Below are positions 40,281 through 54,016 of a DNA stretch of 64,000 bases, piece by piece. The position numbers were made by a program, and so were the translations under genes. The stretch is from assembly GCA_964270895.1 (NCBI GenBank), contig OZ185437.1; one strand, given 5' to 3'. The notes under the pieces are model-generated. The model had not been told where the DNA came from, did no database searches, and was given only the letters and a program-made list of their open reading frames with translations. The first letter of the stretch is position 1. Every line of letters begins with the position of its first letter. The DNA is from Podarcis filfolensis (Eukaryota).

Positions 40281-40645
40281 AAAGGTAAAGGTAAAGTACC
40301 CCTGACCATTAGGTCCAGTCGCTGACGACTCTGGGGTTGCACGCTCATCTCGCTCTATAGGCCAAGGAAGCTGGCGTTTGTCCGCAGACAGCTTCTGGGT
40401 CATGTGGCCAGCATGACTAAGCCGCTTCTGGTGAACCAGAGCAGCGCACAGAAATGCCGTCTACCTTTCCGCCAGAGCGGAACCTATTTATCTACTTGCA
40501 CTTTGACATGCTTTCAAACTGCTAGGTGGGCAGGAACTGGGACCGAACAACGGGAGCTCACCCCGTCGCGGGGATTCAAACTGCCAGCCTTCCGATCGGC
40601 AAGCCCTAGGCTCTGTGGTTTAGACCACAGCACCACCCACGTCCC
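40281..40645 (-). mobile_element. Full-length Sauria SINE (Squam1), 365 bp
   Basis: The minus strand starts GGGACGTGGGTGGTGCTGTGGTCTAAACC, a tRNA-like head with B-box-like GTTTGAATCCC, and ends in an (ACCTTT)n tail. Perfect 15-bp TSD tcttgtttgccataa (40266-40280, 40646-40660). Confidence 0.92.
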
Positions 40646-41953
40646 TCTTGTTTGCCATAAGGTGTTCTAATTGTGGCCTTTCACTATAGTACGGTAAAAG
40701 AGCATATTGTTTCAGGTTTAGCCTAAAGCACAAGAATTGTGGAATCATACTGCTAAAGAATATATTGTGCCAAACAACCCTGTCTAATCACACATAGCTT
40801 TAATTTCCCCCCCAGCATTTTATCAATACTCCATTGTGAGTTTTTCTCACTTGCAAATAGCAAGTGCAGGTGTCTTGATCCAGATCAGGGCCACAGTGAG
40901 GAACAAATAATTAAAGATCCCTCACCCCTCTCATGCCAGGGCTGCCCATGCCAGCTAAAGTAAAAGCAGCTACACAACAGAAAATTATATTCAAAAGTCA
41001 CATTTTGAAAAGTAAGTTTGACTCTTACTAATCATGGGAAACAATTATCAGGTTCTTACCAGACATATTATAGATATGCAAACTTGTGGCCAGTTTGGTT
41101 AATTTCATTCTCATATATATATATGTATATATATATGTATATGATATATATTTCCTAAATATATTTCTAATATTGACATGGAAAATACAGTACTAAAATG
41201 CTTTCCAGCTTTCCATTTTAATTATTGAAAGACATGTGGGTAAATTAGGTGAGTTGCATTTTACTGAAGTAGTAAGAATGCTTGAGTCAGGACTTTGAAT
41301 TTATGGATTCATTGTTGAATCTTTTTTTTTTTTCGTTTTAAGTCACATTTTTCTCTTTGAGATCTAAAGCACTTAAGCATGTTTAAGTGTGAAATAATGT
41401 TATTTTTCCTAAACTGAGTCTGAACTTTTGGCTGTTTTGTTTGACAAAGAAGAGACAAATACATATTGAAACACTTTGCATATTGATATCATTAAATCAA
41501 TAGGGTCCATTTGAAGAGCAATTAATATTTGCCCCAAAAACAAATGCAAAAACCAACCTTCATCTCAAAATGGGTTGACTATTAAGTCACAAGGGAATTC
41601 CTTATAACCTTTGTTAGGAATTCTGACAAGGATAGGCAACCACACTAATTTGTGCTGCTAAATTGCTGTGGAAAAAAACTGCCCTGTTTGTATGATTGTG
41701 GAGCTTGCAAATGAATCAATAAAGCCATCAAAACTGCTCAGGCATTTGGCCACAAAGCAACAGGAGTTTAAAGATAAGGCTATAGATTTTCTTTCAAAAG
41801 GACATTACAAGAATATAAGAAGGTTTTTTTAAAAAAAAATGAAAAATGAGTTTACAGTATCAGCAAGAGAAAATAAAGGATACATAGCTGATTTCTCTCT
41901 TCCAGCCCCTTGTCCTCAAGTGTAAGCACATGCTGCCATTGCCATACACAAAT

Positions 41954-42158
41954 GGGGTTGTATCCAACAGTTGCTCAGTTGATGCTAAGGCTTCCATCAG
42001 TGGAACAGGAAGGGAATCAAATATGATGCAGGGGGACCTTCCAGATTTAAAGGGGCACAGAAACTGCAGGGGGAGGGAAAGTTGTTGAAAACTGCTTTTC
42101 TCCCCATTTTGCTGATGGAAGCCTTACTCTCAGCTGAGTTACACCACTGAATACAACA
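41954..42158. repeat. Palindromic MITE-like element (GGGTTGTAT.CA termini)
   Basis: The left end ggggttgtatcca...taaggcttccatcag is an imperfect inverted copy of the right end ctgatggaagcctta...tgaatacaacac. Confidence 0.55.
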
Positions 42159-42639
42159 CAGTTTGTATAAAAAGGTTCAAGGTGCAGTCACTAGTATACA
42201 AAGCCTTCGCCACCAATGGCTCTGATGTATGCACTCAGTTGTCAGGGAAGAATCTCATTCATTAAGCAGAGAGTCAGCTTCTTACCTGTAGGAATCAGGA
42301 GATCCATTTTTAGAAGGGAGAAGATCTAGCAGTCTGTCCTAGCAACCTTAGCACAATTTGGTACGAAGTAGTTTGCAGACCAGTATTACCCATCAGAACA
42401 AAAGCTGGAAATGGGTCATTTTTAAAAAGCGAATCTTTGCCATTGAAGTCAGTGACAGCCAGCCAATCCATTTTTGCTCCAACATTAGCCTTTAATTCTA
42501 TCAAGATGCTTGAAGAAGTGACCCCTTCCACTTGAATTTTACCTGTTTGATGTTTAAAATATGGGTACATTCAAAACTGCTGTGAAAATTGTAACTTAAA
42601 TTTTCATATGTATAATGTACATTTTTTCCATACATTATC

Positions 42640-43075
42640 ATTTATATTATTTTTTATTATATATTTCATTTATGAAGCATTTCCTATGAAGCCTCTCAGG
42701 GCGAGTTCACAGTACAATAAAAACATATCTAAAACAATTGCATATATAAAAACAATTTGAAATTCAATGCAAATACCCACTGGAATAGAAATGGCCACTT
42801 TTTGAAGGAAGGAGGTCTTCAGTGGGCATTGAAAAGAACATAGAGGTATGGTGCCTGTCTGAAATGTTACAGGACAGAATTCCAAAAGATAGACGATGCC
42901 ACACTGAAAGCTTGATTCTGACATTGTGTGTCATGGACCTCCTGATACGATGGTATCTGCAGGATCTCCTCTCCTGCTGAGCACAGGGATCTGTTGGGTA
43001 TATTATTAAAGGGATGGGATTTTGTGTAGTTATCTTAGCGGTTGTAAGTACTGGCACCTGGAGCTTAGCTCACCA
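42640..43075 (-). mobile_element. L2 LINE 3' end, decayed
   Basis: A-rich + strand UTR, then gaaggaaggaggtcttcagtgggcattgaaa (reverse of F..PLKT.L.) and cagaattccaaaagatagacgatgccacactgaaagc (reverse of AFSVA...LWNS.). Confidence 0.65.
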
Positions 43076-43089
43076 AGTTGTAGCTTCCA

Positions 43090-43505
43090 TTAATAATTTT
43101 ATACAAATTTACTTTTCTCCAGTTCAGCAGGCAGTAAAACATAATGGACAGGAAAGAAATTTTCAGCAATTTCCCCTCCCTCTGCAGGAACAGATAAGTG
43201 TGGTTGGCTGAAATAGTAGAGCCATGAAACCAGATCCTCAGATACTTAAAAGAGTCAACATGTTCTAGTCTTATGGCCATCAGTGGTCCAGGAATGCTTT
43301 CCTTGGTCTTTCTTTTTGAAAAATTCATAACCTTTGATTTTCATCATTAATTGTTTGAAATTCATTTCTACAATAATATGCAAATCCAAGTAGTAATCTA
43401 GTTATCAGTGGTCTGACTGGTTGAAACAGCAGGCTATTTAAACAGCCAGCATTATTTATAACTATGTCCCCAATGCAGTTAACAGATTCAATAAAACAAT
43501 CCATC
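43090..43505 (-). mobile_element. Non-LTR retrotransposon reverse-transcriptase remnant (clade uncertain)
   Basis: Adjacent minus ORFs read ..SLLFQPVRPLITRLLLGFAYYCRNEFQTIN.. and NFSKRKTK..LEHVDSFKYLRIWF. This resembles the post-YADD RT region (..L..LL..F..YC....L.IN..K.K.M.F....LE.V..FKYLG). Confidence 0.55.
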
Positions 43506-46500
43506 AATTAAAAGGATAAACCAAATACCAATAAAACCACCATAAAATAGATCATTGCAGTACTTTTTCCACCCAGTACTTCAGGATTTGCATAAGCCTT
43601 TACCCATCACCAGTTTTCCTATTGCTGTTGAAATCCCCATGAGAACCAGTGATGGGTCTCCATCACTGAGCAATTCCTTTGTTACCGGTAGTCTTGCACA
43701 CCTGTAAAAGACCCAGACAATTAACTGATAGTATGATGCACAGATGTGGAATGTGCTGTAACATGTATCCTAAGGTTGTTTTTTACTTATGCATAAGTCT
43801 CATGGAGTTGAGTGGAGGTTATCCCAAAATAAGTGAACATAGGTTTGCAGCCCAACTCATTCTGCAACCTATTGCAGTGTCAAACAAAGCTTCCTTTCCC
43901 ATTTCAGCACCTTATTCATAAGTTTTTCTTCTGTTATTTGTCTTTGGTTTGTTCTGCCTTCAGTTCTTTTGCCTTTGCATGTAGGTGCTTCAGCAGCATT
44001 CTATTGTTCTTCTGTTCAATAGCATCTTCATTTTATGTTGCTATAATAAATTATTGCTTGCAGTTTCACAAAAGTGGTTGAGAAATGCAAAGGAACGTTG
44101 TACACCAGTGTTTTGAGCTTGTCGGGGGGGAAACCTACTTTGTGCAAAAGAACTGGCAAGGTTATGGATGCTGCCTGTCAAAGGCCATTACTTGGCGCTA
44201 AGACCCAGTCAAACACTCCAACTGACTGATGAGTGGGCACCAGGCCATCAAAGCAGATGGACATGAGTGTGCAGAGCCAAAAGACAATGTATGTGCATCA
44301 AGTGTAAATGTTGATGGCAGGTTTCCCAGCCAGTGTCTAAGCTTATGCATCTGTAGTTACAGAAATGCCAGGCTTGTTCTGGATTAAATTTTCAAACAAT
44401 TAAAAGGAATGCGGGCAGGGGAGGAAATGTTTTTTAAAGCAGGCCTGGGTAGAAAAGTGAAAATAGAGAAGGTTTAATGTTGGGGATCTCATCTGCTAAA
44501 TTCTCTCAGAGACACTTCCGCAGGTTGAGCCACAACCAAAATTACTATTGACTGGATATTATTCAATCAATAGTAAATTGACTGAATAATTGACTGAGCC
44601 TAGTCTTAAAATCTTTTTAAGCTTCCTGCTGAGCTGTGTTGATATGCCAAATCCCTAGTATAGAAGCTCATTGGGTCTGATGGCCTCATCTTCATAGCAC
44701 AGTGAAGATTTTTCTGGTTGGCTTTTGCAGACTGTTGGCTTTAAAGTATTTTTCAATGCAGAGCCCTTTTAATGATAGACATTCACATTTTGCAAAACCA
44801 CAGGTAGACTTTCTCTCCATTGTCATGGGGGATGGAATGCAGGATTCATTTCAAACATGTTATTTTCAAACGGGTTGGCTTCCTCTCCTATCAGGGTTGC
44901 CAGCCCAGGCTTTGAAACTGTTTCTTTAAAAGCAGGGAACCCTAAAAAGTAGTATCTAGAAAGAAAACTGCCTAGCCAACTCCTATTGTTTACAGAAATT
45001 GTGGCGTTTCAAACATTTTACTTTGGACTGAGAATGTTAAAACTAGTCTTCTCTTTATGAGTGCTATCTTGTTCCTATGGATCTTTTTAAAACACAGTGG
45101 TGTGGCATAAGACTGGCATACTCAATACTTTATATTTGCACAATCTCTTTTTAATGAATAGTTTATATTTCCGTCCTTTGCAGAAATAACGTAAGAGCTG
45201 CATTGCTGGCTCATATAGTCCAACATTGTCTCTCTCAGTTGACAGTCTATGTCCTGGTTTCATTCATTCATCCATGTATCATTTCTATGTGTTCAGCTCT
45301 TCAAACTACTTTCTAGTTTCCCAATTCATTATTGCAATAATGCCCACAGTTTGTACCCTCGTTACTTTTATACCCTCTTCCCTTTTCATTCCACTATCTA
45401 CACTTGCATCATTTCCTCTCAGTGTTGCTCGTGCCTTTTATAATCTGTAGCATACCTTTGCTTTTATTTTATAATAACCTCACATCTCATACCAAGTGAG
45501 TTGCAGGGTCCTAGAAAACACAAGAGAAGACTGAGCTGGTGATGGCAAAAGCAGGAATGTTCAATGAGCTGGTGACTGGGAGGCATACAGACGGTTCATC
45601 AGGCAGTACAACAGCTGGGTGGGAGCCTGTTGACACCTCCTGTCACCTGATCCTTGCTGGGCTGACAGCTATGATCTGCCAAGGTGGCTCAGGGATAACT
45701 ATCTTCCAGAGCTGCCAGAGTCACTAGTTTGAGACTTCTGGTCCCTTAACAAATAAACAGGAAATGAGAGAGAGAGGGAGAGGGAGAGAGATGAGCCTAA
45801 GGAAGGGAACAGCAGCAAGCTGAATCCTGCAAAAGATTCCATGAACTCTACAGAGGTTCAAGCAATCTTTTGTATAGTCTAGTCATATTTTATCTCAACA
45901 TGCTGAATGCTGGCAAGCCTGCTGAAACCCTGCCTGACTTTCCCGAAGTACAGGACCCTCTGCAGTCTCTCTAGTCTTGAGACTTCAAAACTTACTTTCA
46001 ACCTCTCATTTCTGAGAGAGTTTCTCATTTCATTTGGAAAATGACAGTGTTGGGTTTTCTCAACCACTGTCCGCATGTGTGCATGATGAACTTGATAGTA
46101 CAGCACCCCCCACTGGTGCTGTAGCTCTTGTATCATTCCCTGCCTTGCGCTCTTGAGACATTTGGCTTGAGAATTCTGTTTATGAGGATCCAACACAGTA
46201 GCTGAGCTATAGTGATTAAAATGGTAAAAAGATATGGGACAAAAATATTATAGCAATCACTTCTCATGCAGTGATACAATACTGCAACCATCATTGCATG
46301 TTTTCTTCCAGACTGAAGGGATTTGTAAGTGTTTACTTCTAAGAAAACAACATTTTGGGGTACCTAAAGCACTCCTGTCTAATGTTGCTAACTTTCACTT
46401 AAGCATAATGGTCCTAGCCTGAGCATTTAAAAAATACAAAGAGTATTTGATGGAGACATTGTTGATATAATTGCAGTTATCTCATGATAACTTGGGTGTG

Positions 46501-46878
46501 CAACAAGCTATTATCCATTATGACACAATCAGTCACTGATGGATTGTTGCTTTGTATTAAACAATTTGCTCAAGAACATGAGCCATACTAGGGGACAATA
46601 AGCTTTTTAGAGCTAGGCTATTACCTATTGCATGATGAGTATCACACACTCCAAATATCTTTAATAACCATGGCAGCCTGTGTTTTCTGTTCCATAGTAG
46701 AACTTCTCCTATTTTTGCGTTTAGAAATGTTAGTTATTGTTTACACATGTGTAGGACAATTATTCACATTTCAGCTATCTCACACACAGCCGTTCAGGTG
46801 TGTCAGAGATGTTTGAATTCTAGTGCATGGGCCTAAGAATGAATATCCATTGAACTGCTTCCTTTTCATCCTGTCCTT

Positions 46879-46910
46879 CATAAGAACATAACAGTCCTGC
46901 TGGATCACAC
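46879..46910 (-). mobile_element. CR1 LINE extreme 3' tail fragment
   Basis: cataagaacataacagtcctgctggatca matches the reverse of the CR1 3' terminal repeat and stem, from memory. It is very short. Confidence 0.45.
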
Positions 46911-47232
46911 AGAAATAGGATCTTGGCCTTATGCCATACCATTTTCCTCTGTGAAGCTATAGCTAATAAAATGTTACAGTCATCATACGTTCTGGGTTGG
47001 TGACCCTGCTTCAACTATGCTCTTCTGGTTACAGCTATATGTGCAATTGATGAAAATGCCATGCTTTTGTGTAACATGGGGCCACCATGTTCTGCCATGA
47101 TGGGAATGAGTTTTGGACAGGCATTATCCCCTATTTCCTCCAATGTCTACACTGAGGAGATTTGAAGCTTTTGCTTTGGTTTTTGATTAGCTACACTTTA
47201 ATAACAGCTTGAGGTCTGGATATAATTCTAAT

Positions 47233-47305
47233 CTTAACTGTGCTTTGTTGAACAAGCCTGCTACATGTTTTGAAGTTGGCTTGTTTCAACAAACCATAGT
47301 TAAGA
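47233..47305. repeat. Short inverted repeat, MITE-like
   Basis: ttaactgtgctttgttgaacaagcc ... ggcttgtttcaacaaaccatagttaa form imperfect inverted arms. Confidence 0.5.
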
Positions 47306-48640
47306 TTAACCACAATTTGTTTGGTTCAAACAAAATAGCAAACTATGGTGAATCAAAACCTGTGACCAAAGTGGAACGAAATGATTTTCATTGAATTGTA
47401 GAACAAGAACCACTATTCTTATCAAAACACAATGGGTTGTGTTCAGACTTGCCTGAGATCCAATGGAAACTTCCACTGCAGGAAGAGGGAGGTTATCTTT
47501 ACAAATACCAACTTTCTCCTATAGCCTACAGCTTCAAACCCCCCCCCCCAGTTGTTCCAATTTTGGAGACTTCTGGAGCATCATTTTAGTGGTGAGGAGG
47601 CACAGGCAGAATGCAAAATAACTTTCCCCTTCCTCCACAATGAAGCTCCTATGCTGGTCTGGATCCAGTTATTCCGCCCACACACAAACACACTTTTATG
47701 CAAAGATTGCATTTGAAATATAACATATGGTACACACAGCAATTTATTATTATGAAAAAGGATGTCAAAATGTGGAAGGTGGTCAAAAACAAAAGCACTG
47801 TAATGACCACAGAAATATGAGCTATCAAACTAATAAAAAGAATTTAATGATGACAGTGTGTAAAATTAAACTAAATGGAATATAATAACATTGAATAACT
47901 AAAACACAGCCACAGTGTTTAACATGGATAGAACAACAAAGAACATTTACTAAATAACAAAATGAGGATGCATAGCCTTATGGCTGTGTTTATAGTAGCT
48001 TGGAAAACAATTTTCCACATAAGTGATATAATGGGCCTGTATAATCAATTTAATTATTGTGAAAATGAGGCACATTAGCATAAAGCCCCCCCCCCCTTAA
48101 TTTAGTCTTGTAGAAATATCAGAGGTTGTTTTGGAATTTTTGTTTGTTTGTTTGTTTTGGCAAAGACTCTAGCAAAGAAATAAAAAGGGGTGCATAGAAG
48201 GTTGGTCCATGAATGCAGATGCAATGGAGAGAAGAAGGAGGGTTACAAGGAGTAACAGAAAGCTGTGCTAAATATGGAAGTCCTTCCCCTGTCCTCCTTA
48301 CACTGTTAGAAACTCTCCATTGACCTAGTTTCTGAATTTCTACACCTGTATCAGGCAGTTTTAGAATTTCAAATATTCATCTGCAGCTATGGCACTTAGA
48401 AATATAGAACTTCTTTGTCATAAATACTGAGATCCTTAGCTTTATATTACACTAAAGTCTTGCCACAAGCTGCAGTTCTATGTAACATGACATATTAATA
48501 CCCCTACAAGTTTTCTAAAACCAGCAGCTATAACTAGTTTGTTCCAAGTGGAATGGAAATATTTTCTTTTATGAATGAAACTCCACATAGCTTTAATGCA
48601 TCGACAGTACTAGGGTGTTGTTGTCATTTGAGATTTGTAG

Positions 48641-48847
<207 letters not shown>

Positions 48848-49814
48848 TGAGGATGTTGCTTTGTATCTATTTAAACTCCTTCCATTTTTTTTAAATGAAG
48901 AAATCACCTTGGGAACAATGAATAAATTGCATGCCTTTTGCTGTGCATGTCCTAAATTGTTGCAGAAATCATGTAGGTCTACAAGCTACCTACGTGATTT
49001 TGTGCAATTTAGGGTGTGTGTGTGTGACTTCAGATGTGAGAAATTTCATAGATTTCATACTTTCATTTAATGAGAACTTCATATCTATAGTTATCAAAGC
49101 TGATAGTTAAGCAAAGGATAAATACATTTGTATTATGTAGCTTGCTGCTTTCTGATTCCTTTATAGAGTTGTGAACCTAATGTGAAAACATAAAATAGTT
49201 TTGCGAGAACTGAGGCATGATAGTGAGCCAAAGCATTGGAGTGTTACGTTCTCTACTCCTTGACCCCTTGTTAAGATTATTGTGATGGGTTGATTAGTCT
49301 GTGATATAAAGGATATTTAAAGGAGCGAAAGTTTTGGTTGTATCTTATATTGTATGTGATTTCAGTGGACTTCCTTTCACAAATGTAGAAGACACCTGTG
49401 GCTGAGCAAGAAGTACTGTTTCCCTTTGGTGCTCTTCTGCCTTGAGTTTTATTAGAGAACATAAACACCTGCCTCCTTAAGTATATATTCTACTGCATCT
49501 CAGTTTACTTGATGCTCCATCATTTCCATGCTGTAGGAAAATAAGCCATGATCTGGCTTGTGTAGTCTGAACCCATGGCTTCTTCCTCTCCCAACAAGCC
49601 ACTAGCAAAAGTTAAGGTTTGTTCTTAGCTACAGAAAACAATGGGATCTAAATCTGAATGCTGGTGGCTGCTTACTGCATTTTGTTACCATTATCACAAA
49701 AGTAATGTAAAGTTAGTGCATATGTTTCTTTCCTGGGAGTAGAGACACCTGAGCACATTGATCTTTGCAAATTCCAGTATAAACCAACCTGATCCACATG
49801 TCCTGGACTAATTT

Positions 49815-50002
49815 CAAGATTGGTTTAACAATCAAACCCTCTTCCCAAGGAACTCTGGGAATTGTCGCTCTGCGAGGGGATAGGTGTCTCCTGACAACCC
49901 TCAATGCCCTTAGCAAACTACAGTTCCCAAGATTCTTTGGAGGAAGCTACAGCTGTTTAAAATGGTTTGATATTGCCATAAATGTAAAGTGCAGATGGGG
50001 CC
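49815..50002. mobile_element. Partial non-autonomous DNA transposon (possibly PIF/Harbinger-like)
   Basis: Ends ..taaatgtaaagtgcagatggggcc|tag and contains aactctgggaattgt and aactacagttcccaagattctttgg motifs I recognise as a common lizard MITE. Only one terminus is clear. Confidence 0.45.
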
Positions 50003-53000
50003 TAGGTTGTTGAGTTCAATAGCTTCTCCTTTGTCACATATCTTTACATATTTCTGAAACTCCCTGCTAACAGCTATATCCCTGGATGCTGACCTATTCC
50101 TGATGTCCTCAGTCACCAATCCATCACAGGCCTGCAGAGATTAGAATGTTAATATAAAATGTCAGTACAGTATAAGATGGTGATAGAAATAATCTAAAAA
50201 TGTAGAAAATGATTTGACCTAGCTGTAAACCAGCAACCATCTTGGCTATGAAACTCTGGTGTGCACGTTGCAGAAAATATTCAGGCTAGTAATGAGGTAA
50301 ACTGTGAATTTCATCTAGAAGAGCATCTGTTAGATTGTCTCATAGATATCTCATTGAATTCTTTGCATTACTTGAATTTGCAGCTGAGAATAAATATGAC
50401 ATCAAATGTGTAATGGCACTCCTGAGCATTTCCTCCTGCTGGGAAAGGAAGATTGAATCTTTAAAAAAGAAAGATATTGCGCTGAATTAGCTCTAAATAG
50501 AGAATAAAAAGTAACCTTTAGGGAAGCATAGGGCTAAGCATTATCTTACACGAGGGACGTGGCTGAGGTTGTAAACCATGAGAGATAATCTTGCACAAGA
50601 TGGTTTTAGGAATTGCTAAGTAAAAATTACAGTCTAATAATTGCCCAGCTGGGTATACTTTGTTGTATATGGGTATGATTTATGGCTCTCTGCCACATAA
50701 AATATTTGTGGGGGTGGGGAGAGGTAAGTTTTGAGGCTTACTTCTCTTGCCTACGTACGGCTGGTTTTCTGTCATTACTCAGTAATATCAAGATGCCAAC
50801 AACACATTTCAAGCTACTGGCATATCTCCTGTGGAGAAGTTTACTAATGGCTGCTTCCTCCGCCCCCCCTTCCCCTTGTCACAGAGGTCATGTCATTTTT
50901 TACAGCTGCTCTTTATTGAAGTGAAAAGAGCCCTGATAACGATAATGGGCTATTCAGAACGATGAGATTACCACCTCCTCATAAGATTGAAGCAGTTAAA
51001 GAACTGCCAGTGAGGAGCCTAGCAGAGCTGTTCACATCACATTATAGCCTGGGACAGATACATAGTTTGAAGTTTGGCAGTGGACTCAGAACACTTCATG
51101 TCATTGTGTCACTGTTAATGTCTTACCTATGACAGCATGGCTTTCACAGCCTGTCAAAATTATTATGATCATGTAGCCTGGTGACAAAAAGAAGGACAAA
51201 AGATATGTTTTAGAAAGCCGCTCTATACACATAAAATTTGCTGTCAGGAATTCGTATCACCCAGAGCATATCCTGTTACACAAGTACTTTTAAATCACTA
51301 GTCACCATGTTGCCACCATCTCAGTCATATATTTGCCTTACTTAGTAGAAACAGACTAATTTACTATTTTTAATGTTATTTTTTAAGACAGAAATTATTT
51401 CTAATTCACAAACTGGATTCAATGGAGGTGCATCTGGTGCCCATACTTCAAAGAACTACAAAGCAACACTGGGTGTTTGCATCACATTTTCATTTCCCTC
51501 TTACTACCTTTAAAGAAGGTAACTTGAAAGTATTGGCATGGAAAGAGTTTGCAATGTTATACTGAACACAAGATTAACTGAAAATATTTCTTTCTTTCTA
51601 CTTGCGGAGTCAAACTTGCCATGGCATCAAGTGTAACTTGGCATCAAGTGATGCTCCAAAATCTTCTAAGTCTGGAGACAGCACAGTACTATACAGGTCC
51701 ACCCCAAAGCAAGTCCCATTGAGTTCAGTGAGGCAGTAATTGATGACATAGTGGGGTGGTAGTACTTACCACACCTCAGATTTGTCATGTTGTTGCTGCT
51801 TTCCAGGAGATGGATGGGCAAGCCAGTGATGGCAAGGCCAGCATGGTGCAAGCACACTGGCAAAAGCACCAGATTGGATTTGCCCATGGGTTCGCACCAT
51901 ACAGACTTTACTGCCACCCCCTACCTCTCACATGACCGATGGTTGGTCAGATGACTGATGCCCTACTACACCATCCACTATTCCCTCAGGGCCAGTGTTG
52001 ACTATTAATATGGCACAGACATCACACATTTGTCCCACCGCACTCCTACTTCCAGTCCTCCCCTGTAAGCCCATTTCTTCTTTTATGCATCAGTGTGAAC
52101 TGCAACAATATAGTTTCATTCAGTATTAACTGAGATGAAGTTTCTCAGAAAAGGGAATTTTCTCTTCCTTCTCAACACTGACTATTGAAGAAAATCTCCA
52201 CCATCCTCTTTGATGATATTCAGCTTAATGCCCTACTACTTTCATCCCCATCGAATGGGGCAGACTACTTTTGCTCAGCCTTCCTTTAAAACCTGACTCT
52301 TTGGGAAGACTTTTGTGGCTAGTTGATTATATATATTTAGTTTCCAATGGTTTGTTTTTGGTCCTGTTTTGTTTTATGAGTTTCTGCTGCACAGTAGTGT
52401 TCATAATTTTTACTATGGTATTATTTTTCTGTGTTTCTGTTTTATTTGTTTTTGTAATAGTTCTAAATTACTTAGACTTAAAGAAAACTCAAAGTGGTAT
52501 ACAACAGTAAAAACACGTGTTGAAACAATTTAAAACTAAAAACTAAGAACTAAGAAACTAAAAACTAAGAAACAGATAAGTTTCTACTTCAATTGGTCAG
52601 AGAAAGTCCAAGCAACCAGATGGGATTTTACTACATAAATTCTGTACCAGCTGCAGCTTCCAGACCATTCTCATGGTAGCCCTGCATAGAGTTCAGTAAT
52701 TCAAATAGAACATCAGCGATGAATTAATTTTATTGTTTAAATGTTTTGATATCAGTTCCTTGATGTCAGTGCCCTACACATGTACGTTTTACCTTTTCAC
52801 ACATGTTCAACTCATGGACATCAAGGGGGGGCTATTGGGATGGGGCTACCTAGATCTGCCCAGCTCATATGTTGATTTTAACATGTGAGCTAGCTTCTGA
52901 AAAGGACTTTATTCCTAGACTGCTTTACAGACTGCTTTTAACACCAGGTGATTTTGAGCTCAGCCTAGAAAGAAACTGGTAGCTAGTGAAGGCGACTTAA

Positions 53001-54016
53001 TGCATACATAATACGTTCTGGTTTGCAAACACCATCCTCCCTCCCTCCCACCCCAGATAGCTGTCATGCAAACACAGGCTGAACTAGGTGAAGCTTCCTA
53101 ACTAGATTCAAAGGTATAGTTTGGATTTAAAGATATTAGCTTCTTTCAATGATATTTTACATTGCCTTAATTTTATTGTACATATTTATCTCTCACTGTC
53201 CCTGTGCTAAAGATATGTAGGCAGAACAATTGTCTGAAGCACTAGTAGCAAGTCACTGAGGATAAACTGTCGCACATTAAAATAAACAATTACTCCAAAG
53301 AGACAAATAATTGGAGATACTAAATATCAAGCCGCAGATTATAGTAGCAGAGAATGCCTACATTTGTTGAAAAGGGAGTTATAAACGGAGACATTCCCTT
53401 TGCTTGTTTCCCCTTTCTAAATCTTTTTGAATGGGTTTGGGGAGAGCTGTGCTTTCTGCTTGAGAGAGTATTGAAACTGAACATGGGAAACCAAACCAAT
53501 TATGAACATATTAGATGGTAGTGGGCAAACTGCATTGCGACCTGATAGCCGGATAAAGAAGACACATGGGGTGGGTTGAACTAGGACTGCTTTATTTAAG
53601 ATTTAAACCCATTGAAAAAAACCCTGCTGAGGGAAACACTATTGGTGCAGGAGCAAGCATGAATCTGAAATAAATTGCAGCCTTTAGGGCAACCAAAAGT
53701 CCTGCCTGCAGGACCTGGATGCACAGCTGTCCAGCCTGCCTCCCATTCCCAAGACCCACCATCAAGGTGAGTAGGAAGGCCTATGCTCTTCCACCCCACA
53801 CACCCTGAGGACCCATAGCTTTCATTCAATAAAGCAGTTTAGCCTCAAGGGCAGCCCCAGAGCCCAGAGAGTAAGCCTCAGGATGAGCCCATCACCCAGA
53901 AAGGTGCATAGTCCCCTTCCCTCACCTGAACCACCAGAGGTAATGGGATTAAAGAGCAGCTCAACCTAATTAACAACATAGGAGTCCTTCTAGTGCCCAC
54001 CACCCAGTCACTAGGG

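Noticed and set aside
45879-46196. 105-aa minus ORF with RLERLQRVLYFGKV, faintly like the RTE C-terminal LxYFGH motif
   Set aside because: The similarity is limited to a few residues and the conserved His is absent. That is not enough to call.
50722-50729. Strong donor GAG|GTAAGT as the end of a cryptic exon
   Set aside because: I found no convincing polypyrimidine/AG acceptor within a plausible exon distance upstream.
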